Shown piece by piece: positions 37,044 to 45,387 of a stretch of DNA of 64,000 bases. The stretch lies in assembly GCA_016872385.1 (NCBI GenBank), contig VGZV01000001.1, positions 22,114 through 86,113 on the forward strand. Direction: 5' to 3'. The DNA comes from SAR202 cluster bacterium. GTDB lineage: Bacteria > Chloroflexota > Dehalococcoidia > Lucifugimonadales > UBA3495. The stretch's first letter is position 1. Each line of letters begins with the position of its first letter. The notes under the pieces are model-generated. The model saw nothing but the letters and a program-made list of their open reading frames with translations. It searched no databases and was not told the DNA's origin. The position numbers and the translations under genes were made by a program.

Positions 37044-38126
37044 ATGAAAATTACGGCTATCGAGTGCTTTATCCTGGACAAGCAGTTCCCCTTCGTCAAG
37101 GTGCATACCGATGAAGGGATAACCGGCATCGGAGAAATCTTCCGGCGCAATGCCGCCATCTACAAGACTGCGGCAGAGAGCGTGCTGGCGCCCTGCCTCA
37201 TCGGCAAAGACCCCCTCAATGCGGAGGGCCTTTGGCAAGAGATGTCCCGCGCGGGCGTGGCCATAGACACCCGCAGCGCGGTCTATTGCGCCATGGCGGG
37301 CATAGATATTGCCCTCTGGGATATCCGCGGCAAGGCCTGGGGTGTGCCGATTTACCAGTTGCTGGGCGGCAAAGTCCGGGACAAAATTCCAGTGTACGCC
37401 AGTTCGCTGGCGCGCACTCTGACGCCGGTGGAAGAAGCGAAACGCGCCGCCCATTTTGCCGAGCTGGGGTTCCGAGGGTACAAGCTGCACAACGCCGTGG
37501 CCGCCGCCCTGGACGACCCGCGAGAGACGGTAGTGGCCAGTGTGCGCGAGGTGCGCCGGGCAGTGGGCGACGGGTATCCAATCCTGGTGGACGTGAACGG
37601 GGCATTCTCCGCCCACCGGGCCATTGAAATTGGCAAGCAGTTGCAGGACCTGGGCACCTTTCACTTTGAGGAGCCGTGTCCCAACTACGACCTGGAAGGT
37701 CTTGCCCAGGTGGCGGGGGCGCTGTCTATGCCCATCGCCTCAGGCGAATGCATTTACACGCGCCGCGACTTTGCCGACCTGATTCTTAAAGGCCAGGTGG
37801 ACATTGTCCAGCCAGACATTGTAAAGGCGGGCGGCTTCACCGAGATGCAGAAAATTGCGGCGGTGGCTTCCACTTTCCGACGGCCCATCACCGTGCATAA
37901 TGTCCAGCCCACCATCTGCACCGTGGCCCACCTGCATTTTTGCGCCAACCAGGCCAACGTGGTGTATTCCCAGGAGTACGTCATAGAACAGGTGTCCATC
38001 CGGGACCAGCGGCCTATCCTCAAGACGCCAATGGAAGTCAAGGACGGCTACCTGGCGGTGCCCGAAGGCCCTGGTTTGGGCGTAGAATTGGATGAGGCGG
38101 CTTTCAGTTACTGGGCGTCGGTCTAA
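37044..38126 (+). CDS. Enolase-superfamily enzyme (mandelate racemase / muconate lactonizing family)
   Basis: 360 aa. MKITAIECFILD...VKVHTDEGITGIGE, DVNGAF and EEP metal-ligand pattern. Confidence 0.85.
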   Translation: MKITAIECFILDKQFPFVKVHTDEGITGIGEIFRRNAAIYKTAAESVLAPCLIGKDPLNAEGLWQEMSRAGVAIDTRSAVYCAMAGIDIALWDIRGKAWGVPIYQLLGGKVRDKIPVYASSLARTLTPVEEAKRAAHFAELGFRGYKLHNAVAAALDDPRETVVASVREVRRAVGDGYPILVDVNGAFSAHRAIEIGKQLQDLGTFHFEEPCPNYDLEGLAQVAGALSMPIASGECIYTRRDFADLILKGQVDIVQPDIVKAGGFTEMQKIAAVASTFRRPITVHNVQPTICTVAHLHFCANQANVVYSQEYVIEQVSIRDQRPILKTPMEVKDGYLAVPEGPGLGVELDEAAFSYWASV

Positions 38127-38144
38127 AAGCTTGTATCAGAAGGA

Positions 38145-38240
38145 GACCGCTCATGGTGAGCCCGTCGAACCATGAGCGGTGCGGATACGCTCCGCCCCTT
38201 CGGCTGGCTCATGGCAAGCTCAGAGCTTGTCGAAGAGCGG
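38145..38240. repeat. C-type repeat (degenerate composite)
   Basis: GACCGCTCATGGTGAGCCCGTCGAACCATGAGCGGT ... CAGAGCTTGTCGAAGAGCGG. Confidence 0.7.
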
Positions 38241-38317
38241 ACCAGTGAACTAATGCAACTTCCAGATGGGTTCATCCTTGGCAACAATCATCTAAAGTAC
38301 TGGCTGGAGCGGAAGAA

Positions 38318-38848
38318 ATGGAGACGGCCACACTGGGCGGTGGATGCTTCTGGTGCGTTGAAGCGGCCTTCAATGAGTTGAAGGGCGTACAACAGGCGCT
38401 GTCAGGCTACTCTGGCGGAACGGTGGCAAATCCTACATACCGCCAGGTCTGCACGGGCGGGACCGGCCACGCCGAAGTGGTGCAAGTGACTTTCGATCCC
38501 CAGGTGATTTCCTACCAGGAAATCCTGGAGGTCTTTTTCTCGGTGCATGACCCTACCACGTTGAACCGCCAGGGCAATGACGTGGGCACTCAATACCGCT
38601 CCGTCATTTTCTACCATAGCCCGGAGCAGAAGGCCACGGCGGAAGCGGTGGTGAAAGAGCTGGCGGCCGATCAGACCTGGCATGACCCCATTGTCACGCA
38701 GATTGTTCCTTTCAAGGAATTCTTTGTGGCCGAGGACTACCACCAGGAGTACTACCGGCTGAACGGCCAGCAGCCCTACTGCCAGTTTGTTATATCCCCC
38801 AAAATGGCCAAATTCCGCAAGACGTACCGGGAAAAGCTGAAGCGCTAG
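38318..38848 (+). CDS. msrA: Peptide-methionine (S)-S-oxide reductase
   Basis: TLGGGCFWCVEAAF catalytic motif, 176 aa. Confidence 0.92.
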   Translation: METATLGGGCFWCVEAAFNELKGVQQALSGYSGGTVANPTYRQVCTGGTGHAEVVQVTFDPQVISYQEILEVFFSVHDPTTLNRQGNDVGTQYRSVIFYHSPEQKATAEAVVKELAADQTWHDPIVTQIVPFKEFFVAEDYHQEYYRLNGQQPYCQFVISPKMAKFRKTYREKLKR

Positions 38849-39798
38849 CTCCCCTCAAAGAAGCGCCGCGGGTTCTCCACGGTAATCTGTTGAATGACCT
38901 GGCTGGATACGCCCAACTCCCGCAGCCGGGGCAGCACTTTCTTGGAGATAAAGGTGTAGCCGTCTGGATTCAGTCTGCGGCGTTCTTCCTGCATCTCCGG
39001 GCTGTGGCGGGCCTTGGGCACTGAGTAATCGTGGGACAGCATGATGCGGTGGGCGTAGCCTGCATCTATAAGCTGCTTGGCAACTTCGGTGCGTTGCTCC
39101 CACTTGGGCGTCCCGGCAATGCGGCCCCCGGGATATCTGTCCAGGCCCAGCCAGACTCCCTTCTCCAGCAGCCCCAGCAAGTAGCTCAGGTCGGTGTCGT
39201 CGTTGCTGTGGCCAATATACACTCGGTTCAGGTCCACCCCCTCCTCCTCCAGAATACGCACCTGCTGTTCCCCCACCCGGTCGGGAGACCAGGTATGGGT
39301 TGAAATTGGCGTGCCGGTGCGCAGGTGGGTCCGGGCTGCGGCGCGCAGAATCACCTCCTGCGGGGGAGTTATCCCTCCCCGGTCGCTGGCCACCTTGATA
39401 ATGCCTGCCTTGATGCCGGTGCCTTCAATTCCTTCTTCAATTTCCCTGACATAAAGGGGGACGATTAAATCAGGCGACACTTCGCCGAAGGAGCGCGGCA
39501 CCGACAGGTGGTTGCCCGTGGCGGCGATTATCTGCAACCTGGTCTTTTGTGACACTTCCTCAATCATTCGGATGTCCCGTCCCAGGTCGAAGGTGGTCAC
39601 ATCCACCACCGTGCGGACTCCCAGGTCGTAGGCTGCCTTGAACGCCGCCACCGACTGCTCGATGATGCCCGCCCGGTCAACAAACTCCGGGTAAGTGTGA
39701 CGCAGGCCGGCGGAGTTGGTGCCCACGTGCTCGTGGCTCAGGGTGTACCCCATGTTTGCGGTATCTATTGGCCCCAGAACTGTGTTTATGGTTGCCAT
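38845..39798 (-). CDS. Phosphotriesterase-related protein (PTE/Php family amidohydrolase)
   Basis: MATINTVLGPIDTANMGYTLSHEHV... 317 aa. The 3' end overlaps the convergent msrA by 4 nt. Confidence 0.85.
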   Translation of the reverse strand: MATINTVLGPIDTANMGYTLSHEHVGTNSAGLRHTYPEFVDRAGIIEQSVAAFKAAYDLGVRTVVDVTTFDLGRDIRMIEEVSQKTRLQIIAATGNHLSVPRSFGEVSPDLIVPLYVREIEEGIEGTGIKAGIIKVASDRGGITPPQEVILRAAARTHLRTGTPISTHTWSPDRVGEQQVRILEEEGVDLNRVYIGHSNDDTDLSYLLGLLEKGVWLGLDRYPGGRIAGTPKWEQRTEVAKQLIDAGYAHRIMLSHDYSVPKARHSPEMQEERRRLNPDGYTFISKKVLPRLRELGVSSQVIQQITVENPRRFFEGS

Positions 39799-39851
39799 AC
39801 TTAACGCTCCTTGCTGGTTTCAGAAGGTGTCTACAAAGGCACATCATTGGC

Positions 39852-39923
39852 CATTGCGAGCGAAGCCATGCAATCTCTCCTCTTAAAGCAGGATTGCATT
39901 GGGGTTGCGCCCCTCGCAACGAC
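39852..39923. repeat. F-type hairpin repeat (CATTGCGAGCGAAGC...GCGCCCCTCGCAACGAC)
   Basis: Single copy in this window. Palindromic arms typical of small interspersed repeats. Confidence 0.5.
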
Positions 39924-40093
39924 TTTTTAAACATGCCCTCAGGCAGAGATATTCTAACGCACCTGGCGGGGAACGCCAGGCCAGGCTGGACTTTTCTGGC
40001 GCTTGTTGCGGCCTTGATTTTCCCGTAACTTGCCTTAAGATATCGGAGAAATCCGTCGCAAATTATGCGGCGAGAGGATGAGGAGGTCCTGGC

Positions 40094-40558
40094 ATGGCAA
40101 CCAAGATAGCTGGCGAGACCTACTTGGGCGACGCTCTGCACCTTCCCCTGTCTCAGGATGGACAGGTATCGGCGTATGTATGGCCAATGCGCGTTCTCAA
40201 GACCGGATGCGGCGGTCCCACCATCGGCGTAGAAGTGGGCAATGAGGAAGTCCTGCGCTGGGACTGCCACGACCAGCCCGGCCATTGGCACCGCGGCGGC
40301 TATGACAAGCTGGGCGCCCGCGGTTCCCATGTGGAGTTTCCCGAAGGCGTGCATGAAGCTGGCAAGCAGGTGACCTGGGCGCTGGGCCAGATTACCAAGT
40401 CCAGTGGCGAGCTTCTTACCGAAGCTGGCTTTGGCCAGGCCGCAACCCTGCTGGACCCGGCCCTGGTCAAGGCCGCCATCACCAAGATTAAGCGGCACAT
40501 CCGCAACCAGGGCGACCTGAAGTCCGTCGCCATCGAAAAGAAGCTGCTCAAGGTCTAG
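40094..40558 (+). CDS. Hypothetical protein (154 aa), no family recognised
   Basis: Clean ORF with protein-like composition (…WDCHDQPGHWHRGGYDKLG…), followed 23 nt later by the VHL-domain gene. Confidence 0.6.
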   Translation: MATKIAGETYLGDALHLPLSQDGQVSAYVWPMRVLKTGCGGPTIGVEVGNEEVLRWDCHDQPGHWHRGGYDKLGARGSHVEFPEGVHEAGKQVTWALGQITKSSGELLTEAGFGQAATLLDPALVKAAITKIKRHIRNQGDLKSVAIEKKLLKV

Positions 40559-40580
40559 GGGCAGCAGCAGACTGGCCAGG

Positions 40581-41254
40581 ATGCCTGTGCGCCGCAAGTG
40601 GGGAATGCCGGAGGAAGTTTGGTGGCTGAGCGTATTGCTCGGCATGGCCATCAGCCCCATTCTGTTGGCCTCAACGGTGGTCGTGGCGGACAAGGCCATC
40701 CTGTCCAGTTCTTCATACAGCCGGCAGTACCGTGCACCTGGCGGAGGCGCTCCAGTGCCAGGCGGGCTGCTGCCCAGTTCTGGCGCGGCCTCCGCCGGTT
40801 TGCCAACGCCCGTTTCCGGACAAAGCGGCGGCCACGGATTGGGAGCAGGTAGTTCTCCATCGGCGCCTGCCCAATCCAGCGGTGCGCCACTGGCCGCCAC
40901 TTCCGTTGCGACGCCTGCCGCCACCGTCGCGGTTACACCCGCGCCTACCAGCACTACGGTGGCGGCGCCGCGCGCAAGTTTGCCGCCCCTGGATTGCAGC
41001 AACGAGCCGGACTTACGGTCCACGGAAGGCGCGGTTGTCACTTCTGTGGAGTTCACCAACGGGTCTACCAAACCCGTGCGGGTTTACTGGCTAGACTACA
41101 GCGGGCAGGCCAGCTCTACCAGACCTTGCCTACCACCGCCCACTATGTCCAAAGCACCTGGGTCACTCACCCCTGGGTGGTGACGGACTTGAACGGGCGG
41201 TGCCTGGCTATTTACCTGGCGGTGGCTCAGCCGGGGAGCGTTGCACTAAAATAA
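40581..41254 (+). CDS. Membrane-anchored protein with C-terminal VHL beta-domain; interrupted by a 1-nt indel
   Basis: N-terminal TM, Ala/Ser/Pro/Gly-rich low-complexity linker, then LRSTEGAVVTSVEFTNGSTKPVRVYWLDYSGQ / (frame change near 41103-41111) / QLYQTLPTTAHYVQSTWVTHPWVVTDLNGRCLAIY. This aligns with the human VHL beta-domain pattern LRS..V.F.N.S...V..WL...G....Y.TLP......S...H.W...D..G. Confidence 0.65.
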
Positions 41255-41302
41255 CCGCTGGCGATGACCGCCAAGATATATGCTCTTCATTGGAGTATTA
41301 GG

Positions 41303-41839
41303 GTGATAAGAAGCTACCAGGGCAAGACTCCCAAGGTGCATCCCACTGCCTGGGTCAGTGAAGCGGCGTACGTAATCGGCGACGTGGAAATCGGAGAGTA
41401 TTCCAGCGTTTGGCCTGGCACAGTAATCCGGGCCGACACGGTAAAAATAACCCTGGGGAAGTATGTGGACATCCAGGACAATTGCGTAATTCACGGTGAC
41501 ACCGATTCCTACTATGGTGACTACGTTACCCTGGGGCACGGAGTCACCTGCCACGCCAAAAACATCAGCAACCACTGCCTCATAGGCAACGGCGCCACTC
41601 TTAACGATGGTGTAATTCTGGGGGAGTATTCCATTGTGGCCAGTGGTTCCGTGGTCTTGGAAAGGAAGGAGTTCCCCGCCAGGTCATTTGTGGTGGGCGT
41701 CCCTGCCGCCGCCAGAGAGGAGCCAACCAACGAGCGGCACCATCAAATGATACAGCGCACCGCCGAGAACTATGCCCGCAAGGCGCAACTATTCAAGGCC
41801 GAAGGGCTGGGCGGCACTGAAGTGGAGGGCGGCAGCTAA
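41303..41839 (+). CDS. Gamma-class carbonic anhydrase family protein (left-handed beta-helix, hexapeptide repeats)
   Basis: IRSYQGKTPKVHPTAWVSEAAYVIGDVEIGEYSSVWPGTVIRAD. The GTG 41303 start is preferred over 41264. Confidence 0.85.
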   Translation: MIRSYQGKTPKVHPTAWVSEAAYVIGDVEIGEYSSVWPGTVIRADTVKITLGKYVDIQDNCVIHGDTDSYYGDYVTLGHGVTCHAKNISNHCLIGNGATLNDGVILGEYSIVASGSVVLERKEFPARSFVVGVPAAAREEPTNERHHQMIQRTAENYARKAQLFKAEGLGGTEVEGGS

Positions 41840-41888
41840 TCAGTCCTCCTGCCTCCTGCACCCCTGGGGCTGACCATTTCCGGGCACG

Positions 41889-41925
41889 AAAACCCCCAGC
41901 CGTTGAAGAACGGGCTGGGGGTTTT
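41889..41925 (+). terminator. Rho-independent terminator (A-tract / hairpin / T-tract, potentially bidirectional)
   Basis: AAAA-CCCCCAGCC-GTTGAAGAACG-GGCTGGGGG-TTTT. Confidence 0.85.
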
Positions 41926-41998
41926 GAGTTAGGAGCCGCAGTCGTACCAGAAAGGGTTCTTAGCTGGCTGGGATCAGTTCGGCGGCCACCATTAGCCA

Positions 41999-43024
41999 GT
42001 GGGTAGCATTATCCCAGCTCATGTCCGCCACCTGGCTGAAGTTGTTGCGATTGCCAAGGTTCTGGACCTGAATTCGTTAATCGCAGATACATCCAGAATG
42101 TTGAACAGGGTTATCGGTGATGAGGTGGAACTGACCACAGACCTGTCCCCCAACTTGGGCCTGGTCAAGATAGATTCCGGCCAATTTGTCCAGGTTATCA
42201 TTAACATGGCTATCAACGCCAGAGATGCCATGCCGCAAGGCGGCAAGCTGAGAATCTCCACCAAGAGCGTCATCATTCAGCAGGGACAAGCTTCCCAGCT
42301 TCATATACTGGCGCCTGGAAAATATGTGGCCGTCACTATAGCGGACACCGGCGCTGGCATGACTGAGGAAGTCAAAGCCCACCTGTTTGAGCCCTTCTTC
42401 ACCACCAAGGAACTGGGCAAAGGAACTGGTCTGGGGCTGTCCACTTGCTACGGGATTATCCGGCAGGCGGGCGGGCATATTGAAGTCGCCAGCGAGCCGG
42501 GGCAAGGCGCAGCCTTCACCATCTACTTGCCAACCGTCAGTGCTGTGGCAGAGAGGACTACCGACGCTCCTCAAGCGGCTCCCCGGCCGCCGGCCTGGGA
42601 GACCGTCCTTCTGGTGGAGGACGATCCCAACGTCCGGAAATTTGTGGGAGGGTGCCTCCGCCTGGAAGGGTATGAGGTCATTGAAGCGGTCAACGGCGTA
42701 GAGGCGTTGTCCGTGATGGGAAACCATCCTGACAAGCCAATCCATGTTTTGGTTACTGACGTGGCAATGCCACGCATGGGGGGACAGGAGTTGGCCCAGC
42801 AGCTTCAGATCGCTCAGCCGGGTGTCAAGGTGCTGTTCATCTCGGGCCATGCTGTGAGCGGTAGCGCAGCTGGCAATGCCGCCGCGCCTGGGACAGACGT
42901 GCTGCTGAAGCCTTTTTTGCCAGATGTCTTGGCGCGCAAGATCCGCGAGTTGTTGGATAAGCCGGATGCACTCGCCCATTCTGTGGCTGCAGAAGTGCGG
43001 ACTTCCCGCGTTTCTCCTCAGTAG
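41999..43024 (+). pseudogene. Hybrid histidine kinase remnant: HATPase_c plus receiver domain only; sensor and HisKA phospho-acceptor regions missing
   Basis: Starts at ...KVLDLNSLI (the segment that normally follows HisKA), with N/G1/G2 boxes (NARDAMPQGG, DTGAGM, GTGLGLS), then REC (LLVEDDPNVR...VTDVAMPRMGG). A terminator lies immediately upstream and no HisKA is present in any frame. Confidence 0.6.
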
Positions 43025-43168
43025 TCCAAAGTCCGTCTGTCTTAAATCCGTGCTGGGAGCCACTGGTTCTTGCCCCTGGCCTGCAACCGTCCCTGCCACC
43101 GGTGGGGTCAACCCTAGTGTGTGCCGGGAGCAGTTCTACCTTATTCCGACAATGATTTGCTCCATTGA

Positions 43169-43300
43169 GTAGTGTATCAGTTTGCTTAAGGCCTCAACTT
43201 GTCACACCGGCCTTCGCCGGTGTCCAGATACAGAATAGATACAATTCTCTACTGGATTCCGGCTTCCGCCGGAATGACGAAGGGCTAATTGATACACTAC
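43169..43300. mobile_element. A-type MITE, intact 132-bp copy
   Basis: TIR GTAGTGTATCA / TGATACACTAC. Internal CACACCGGCCTTCGCCGGTGTCCAGATA...CTGGATTCCGGCTTCCGCCGGAATGAC. Confidence 0.85.
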
Positions 43301-43500
43301 CATCCATTGGTGTTTCTTGCTTCTGTCCTGGCAATAGCAGTGTAAAACGTGGTAGTGGCGTAGGCTTGCTTGACTGATTAGATAGCTGCCGGGGCCAGAG
43401 GGAGCTTGTTCACGTAAGGACGGATGACACGGATGTGTCCTCTGGCATATACTGAGCTTCGTTAGGTAGTGTTGGCCAAGACTGGCTGAAGCTCGTTCCA

Positions 43501-45366
43501 ATGGCAAAGAGCCAGGATAAAGGCGGTCTGGAGGAAACGCATTTGGGCCGTGTTCATGTAGGCGTCCTGGTCATTCTAGCGTTTCTGGCCCCGGTCATAC
43601 TGGCGGCCTGCAAAACTTCCCAGGCTGCGCCCCCGCCTGCGGCTTCCGCTGGAGCGCGCCAATCGCCATCGGTGGCCGTACGGGTAGCGCCCGCCGTCAT
43701 GGGCAGCATTGCCGTAGGATCAGAGTATCCCGCCACTGTGAATGCCCGCGATCAGGTTAATCTGGCGCCCTTGTCCACCGGGCGGCTGGACAAACTCCAC
43801 GTGGACGTGGGTTCAGAAGTCCGGAAAGGCCAGGTAATCGCTGAACTGAGCCACGGTACTTTGGACGCTCAGTTGCAGCAAGCTCAGGCGGGCGTGCGCA
43901 ATGCCCAGGCCAAGCTTGCCGCGGTAAAGGCCGCCATCGGCCCCAACCAGCTTAAAGCCCAGGCGCAGTTGGATGCCGCCAGGGCCAAACTCCAGCAGTT
44001 GGCGGCGCCTTCGGCGTTGGAGCTTCAGTCCCAGGAAAGCCAGGTGGCCAAGGCCAGGGCCGATGTGGAAAGCGCACAGCTGAAACTCTACCAGCTCCAG
44101 CACCCGTCGGCGGCTGACCTGGCCGATGCTATCTCTGATGTGGCGGAAGCCCAGAGCAAGCTCGGTGATGCCCAGGCCAATACTAATGCCGCCATATCTC
44201 ACCACCTGAAATCCACCTCTCTGGGCGCAGACGTGCGGAACTGGTGGCAGCTTCTACTGGACTCACGGGAAGTCCTGGCAGCCAATAAAATAACCATCCT
44301 GAATTTGCCTCAGGTCTTTGGCTTGCAGCTTTCGTCTGCCGATGTAGCTGCCGCCCAGGAACTGGCGGAATCCAGCCAGCATACTATCGCCGCGCTATTG
44401 GGGAATATCTACGCATCGTCCTTGATGCCCCAGAAGGTGCAGACCGCAATGTGGGCGGAGGCATCGGCAGAAGCGACGCTGAACGACGCCAGGGCAGCCC
44501 TGGAAACCTTGCAAAGCCCCAGCGTGACGGACATCGCCCTGGCCCAAGCAGACGTGGACTTTGCTGAGGCTGACCTGGCATCGGCAGAAGCCAAGCTGGC
44601 CTTGCTGAAGTCTCCCAGCATGGCGGACATCTCCGCGGCCCAGTCGGCCGTGGCTGCCGCCGAATATACTTTCGCGCTGAGCCAAGACTCCTTCGTCCAG
44701 CAAGATATTGCTGCCGCCCAGGCCCAGGTGGACCAGGCCCAGGCCCAGGCAGACCTGGTGCAGCACCAGTTGGCGGACCTCCAGTTGCTGGCCCCCTTCG
44801 ACGGCTTTATAACCCAGCGCTTTCTGGCGCCGGGAGCGTTGGCCGCCACGCAGTCTCCCATTGTCACCCTGGCAGGAAAGGACATGGTCATCTCTCTGCG
44901 AGTGGAAGAGAGCAAAATCGGCTCACTTCAGCCGGGCCAGCGCGTCGCCTTTACCAGTCCAGCCATTACCGGCGGTCCAGTCCAGTTGGGGGTGGAGCGC
45001 ATTGCCCCCGCCGCCGACGAGAAGTCGCACACCTTCCAGGTACAGTTGACGCCCTTGGCTGGGGCTCCTGTCCTGAAACCAGGCATGTCCGGCCAGGTGG
45101 ACATACTGGATGGCCGAGATAACGCAGTCTTGGTGCCCAAAGAAGCAGTGGTGCGGGGCGACGGTCAAAGCTATATTTTTATTGTGCAGGAAGGGAAAGC
45201 CCGGCGTCAGAAGGTGGACGCAGGGCTGGTTGACTCCAAAAATACCGAAGTCCGGCAGGGCGTCAACGCCGGAGACCGGGTGGTGGTGGCGGGCCAGAAC
45301 TTGCTTAAGGACGGCGACCGTGTCTCGGTGGAAGGGGCCACAGAACGGCAGCGTCCGCCCGGCTAA
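43501..45366 (+). CDS. Efflux RND transporter periplasmic adaptor (HlyD/MFP family) with very long coiled-coil hairpin
   Basis: 621 aa. N-terminal anchor ending in Cys, extended Ala/Gln/Leu-rich coiled coil, C-terminal beta-barrel (VVRGDGQSYIFIVQEGKARRQKV). Confidence 0.85.
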   Translation: MAKSQDKGGLEETHLGRVHVGVLVILAFLAPVILAACKTSQAAPPPAASAGARQSPSVAVRVAPAVMGSIAVGSEYPATVNARDQVNLAPLSTGRLDKLHVDVGSEVRKGQVIAELSHGTLDAQLQQAQAGVRNAQAKLAAVKAAIGPNQLKAQAQLDAARAKLQQLAAPSALELQSQESQVAKARADVESAQLKLYQLQHPSAADLADAISDVAEAQSKLGDAQANTNAAISHHLKSTSLGADVRNWWQLLLDSREVLAANKITILNLPQVFGLQLSSADVAAAQELAESSQHTIAALLGNIYASSLMPQKVQTAMWAEASAEATLNDARAALETLQSPSVTDIALAQADVDFAEADLASAEAKLALLKSPSMADISAAQSAVAAAEYTFALSQDSFVQQDIAAAQAQVDQAQAQADLVQHQLADLQLLAPFDGFITQRFLAPGALAATQSPIVTLAGKDMVISLRVEESKIGSLQPGQRVAFTSPAITGGPVQLGVERIAPAADEKSHTFQVQLTPLAGAPVLKPGMSGQVDILDGRDNAVLVPKEAVVRGDGQSYIFIVQEGKARRQKVDAGLVDSKNTEVRQGVNAGDRVVVAGQNLLKDGDRVSVEGATERQRPPG

Positions 45367-45387
45367 AATCTTGGTGAGAGGCTGGCT

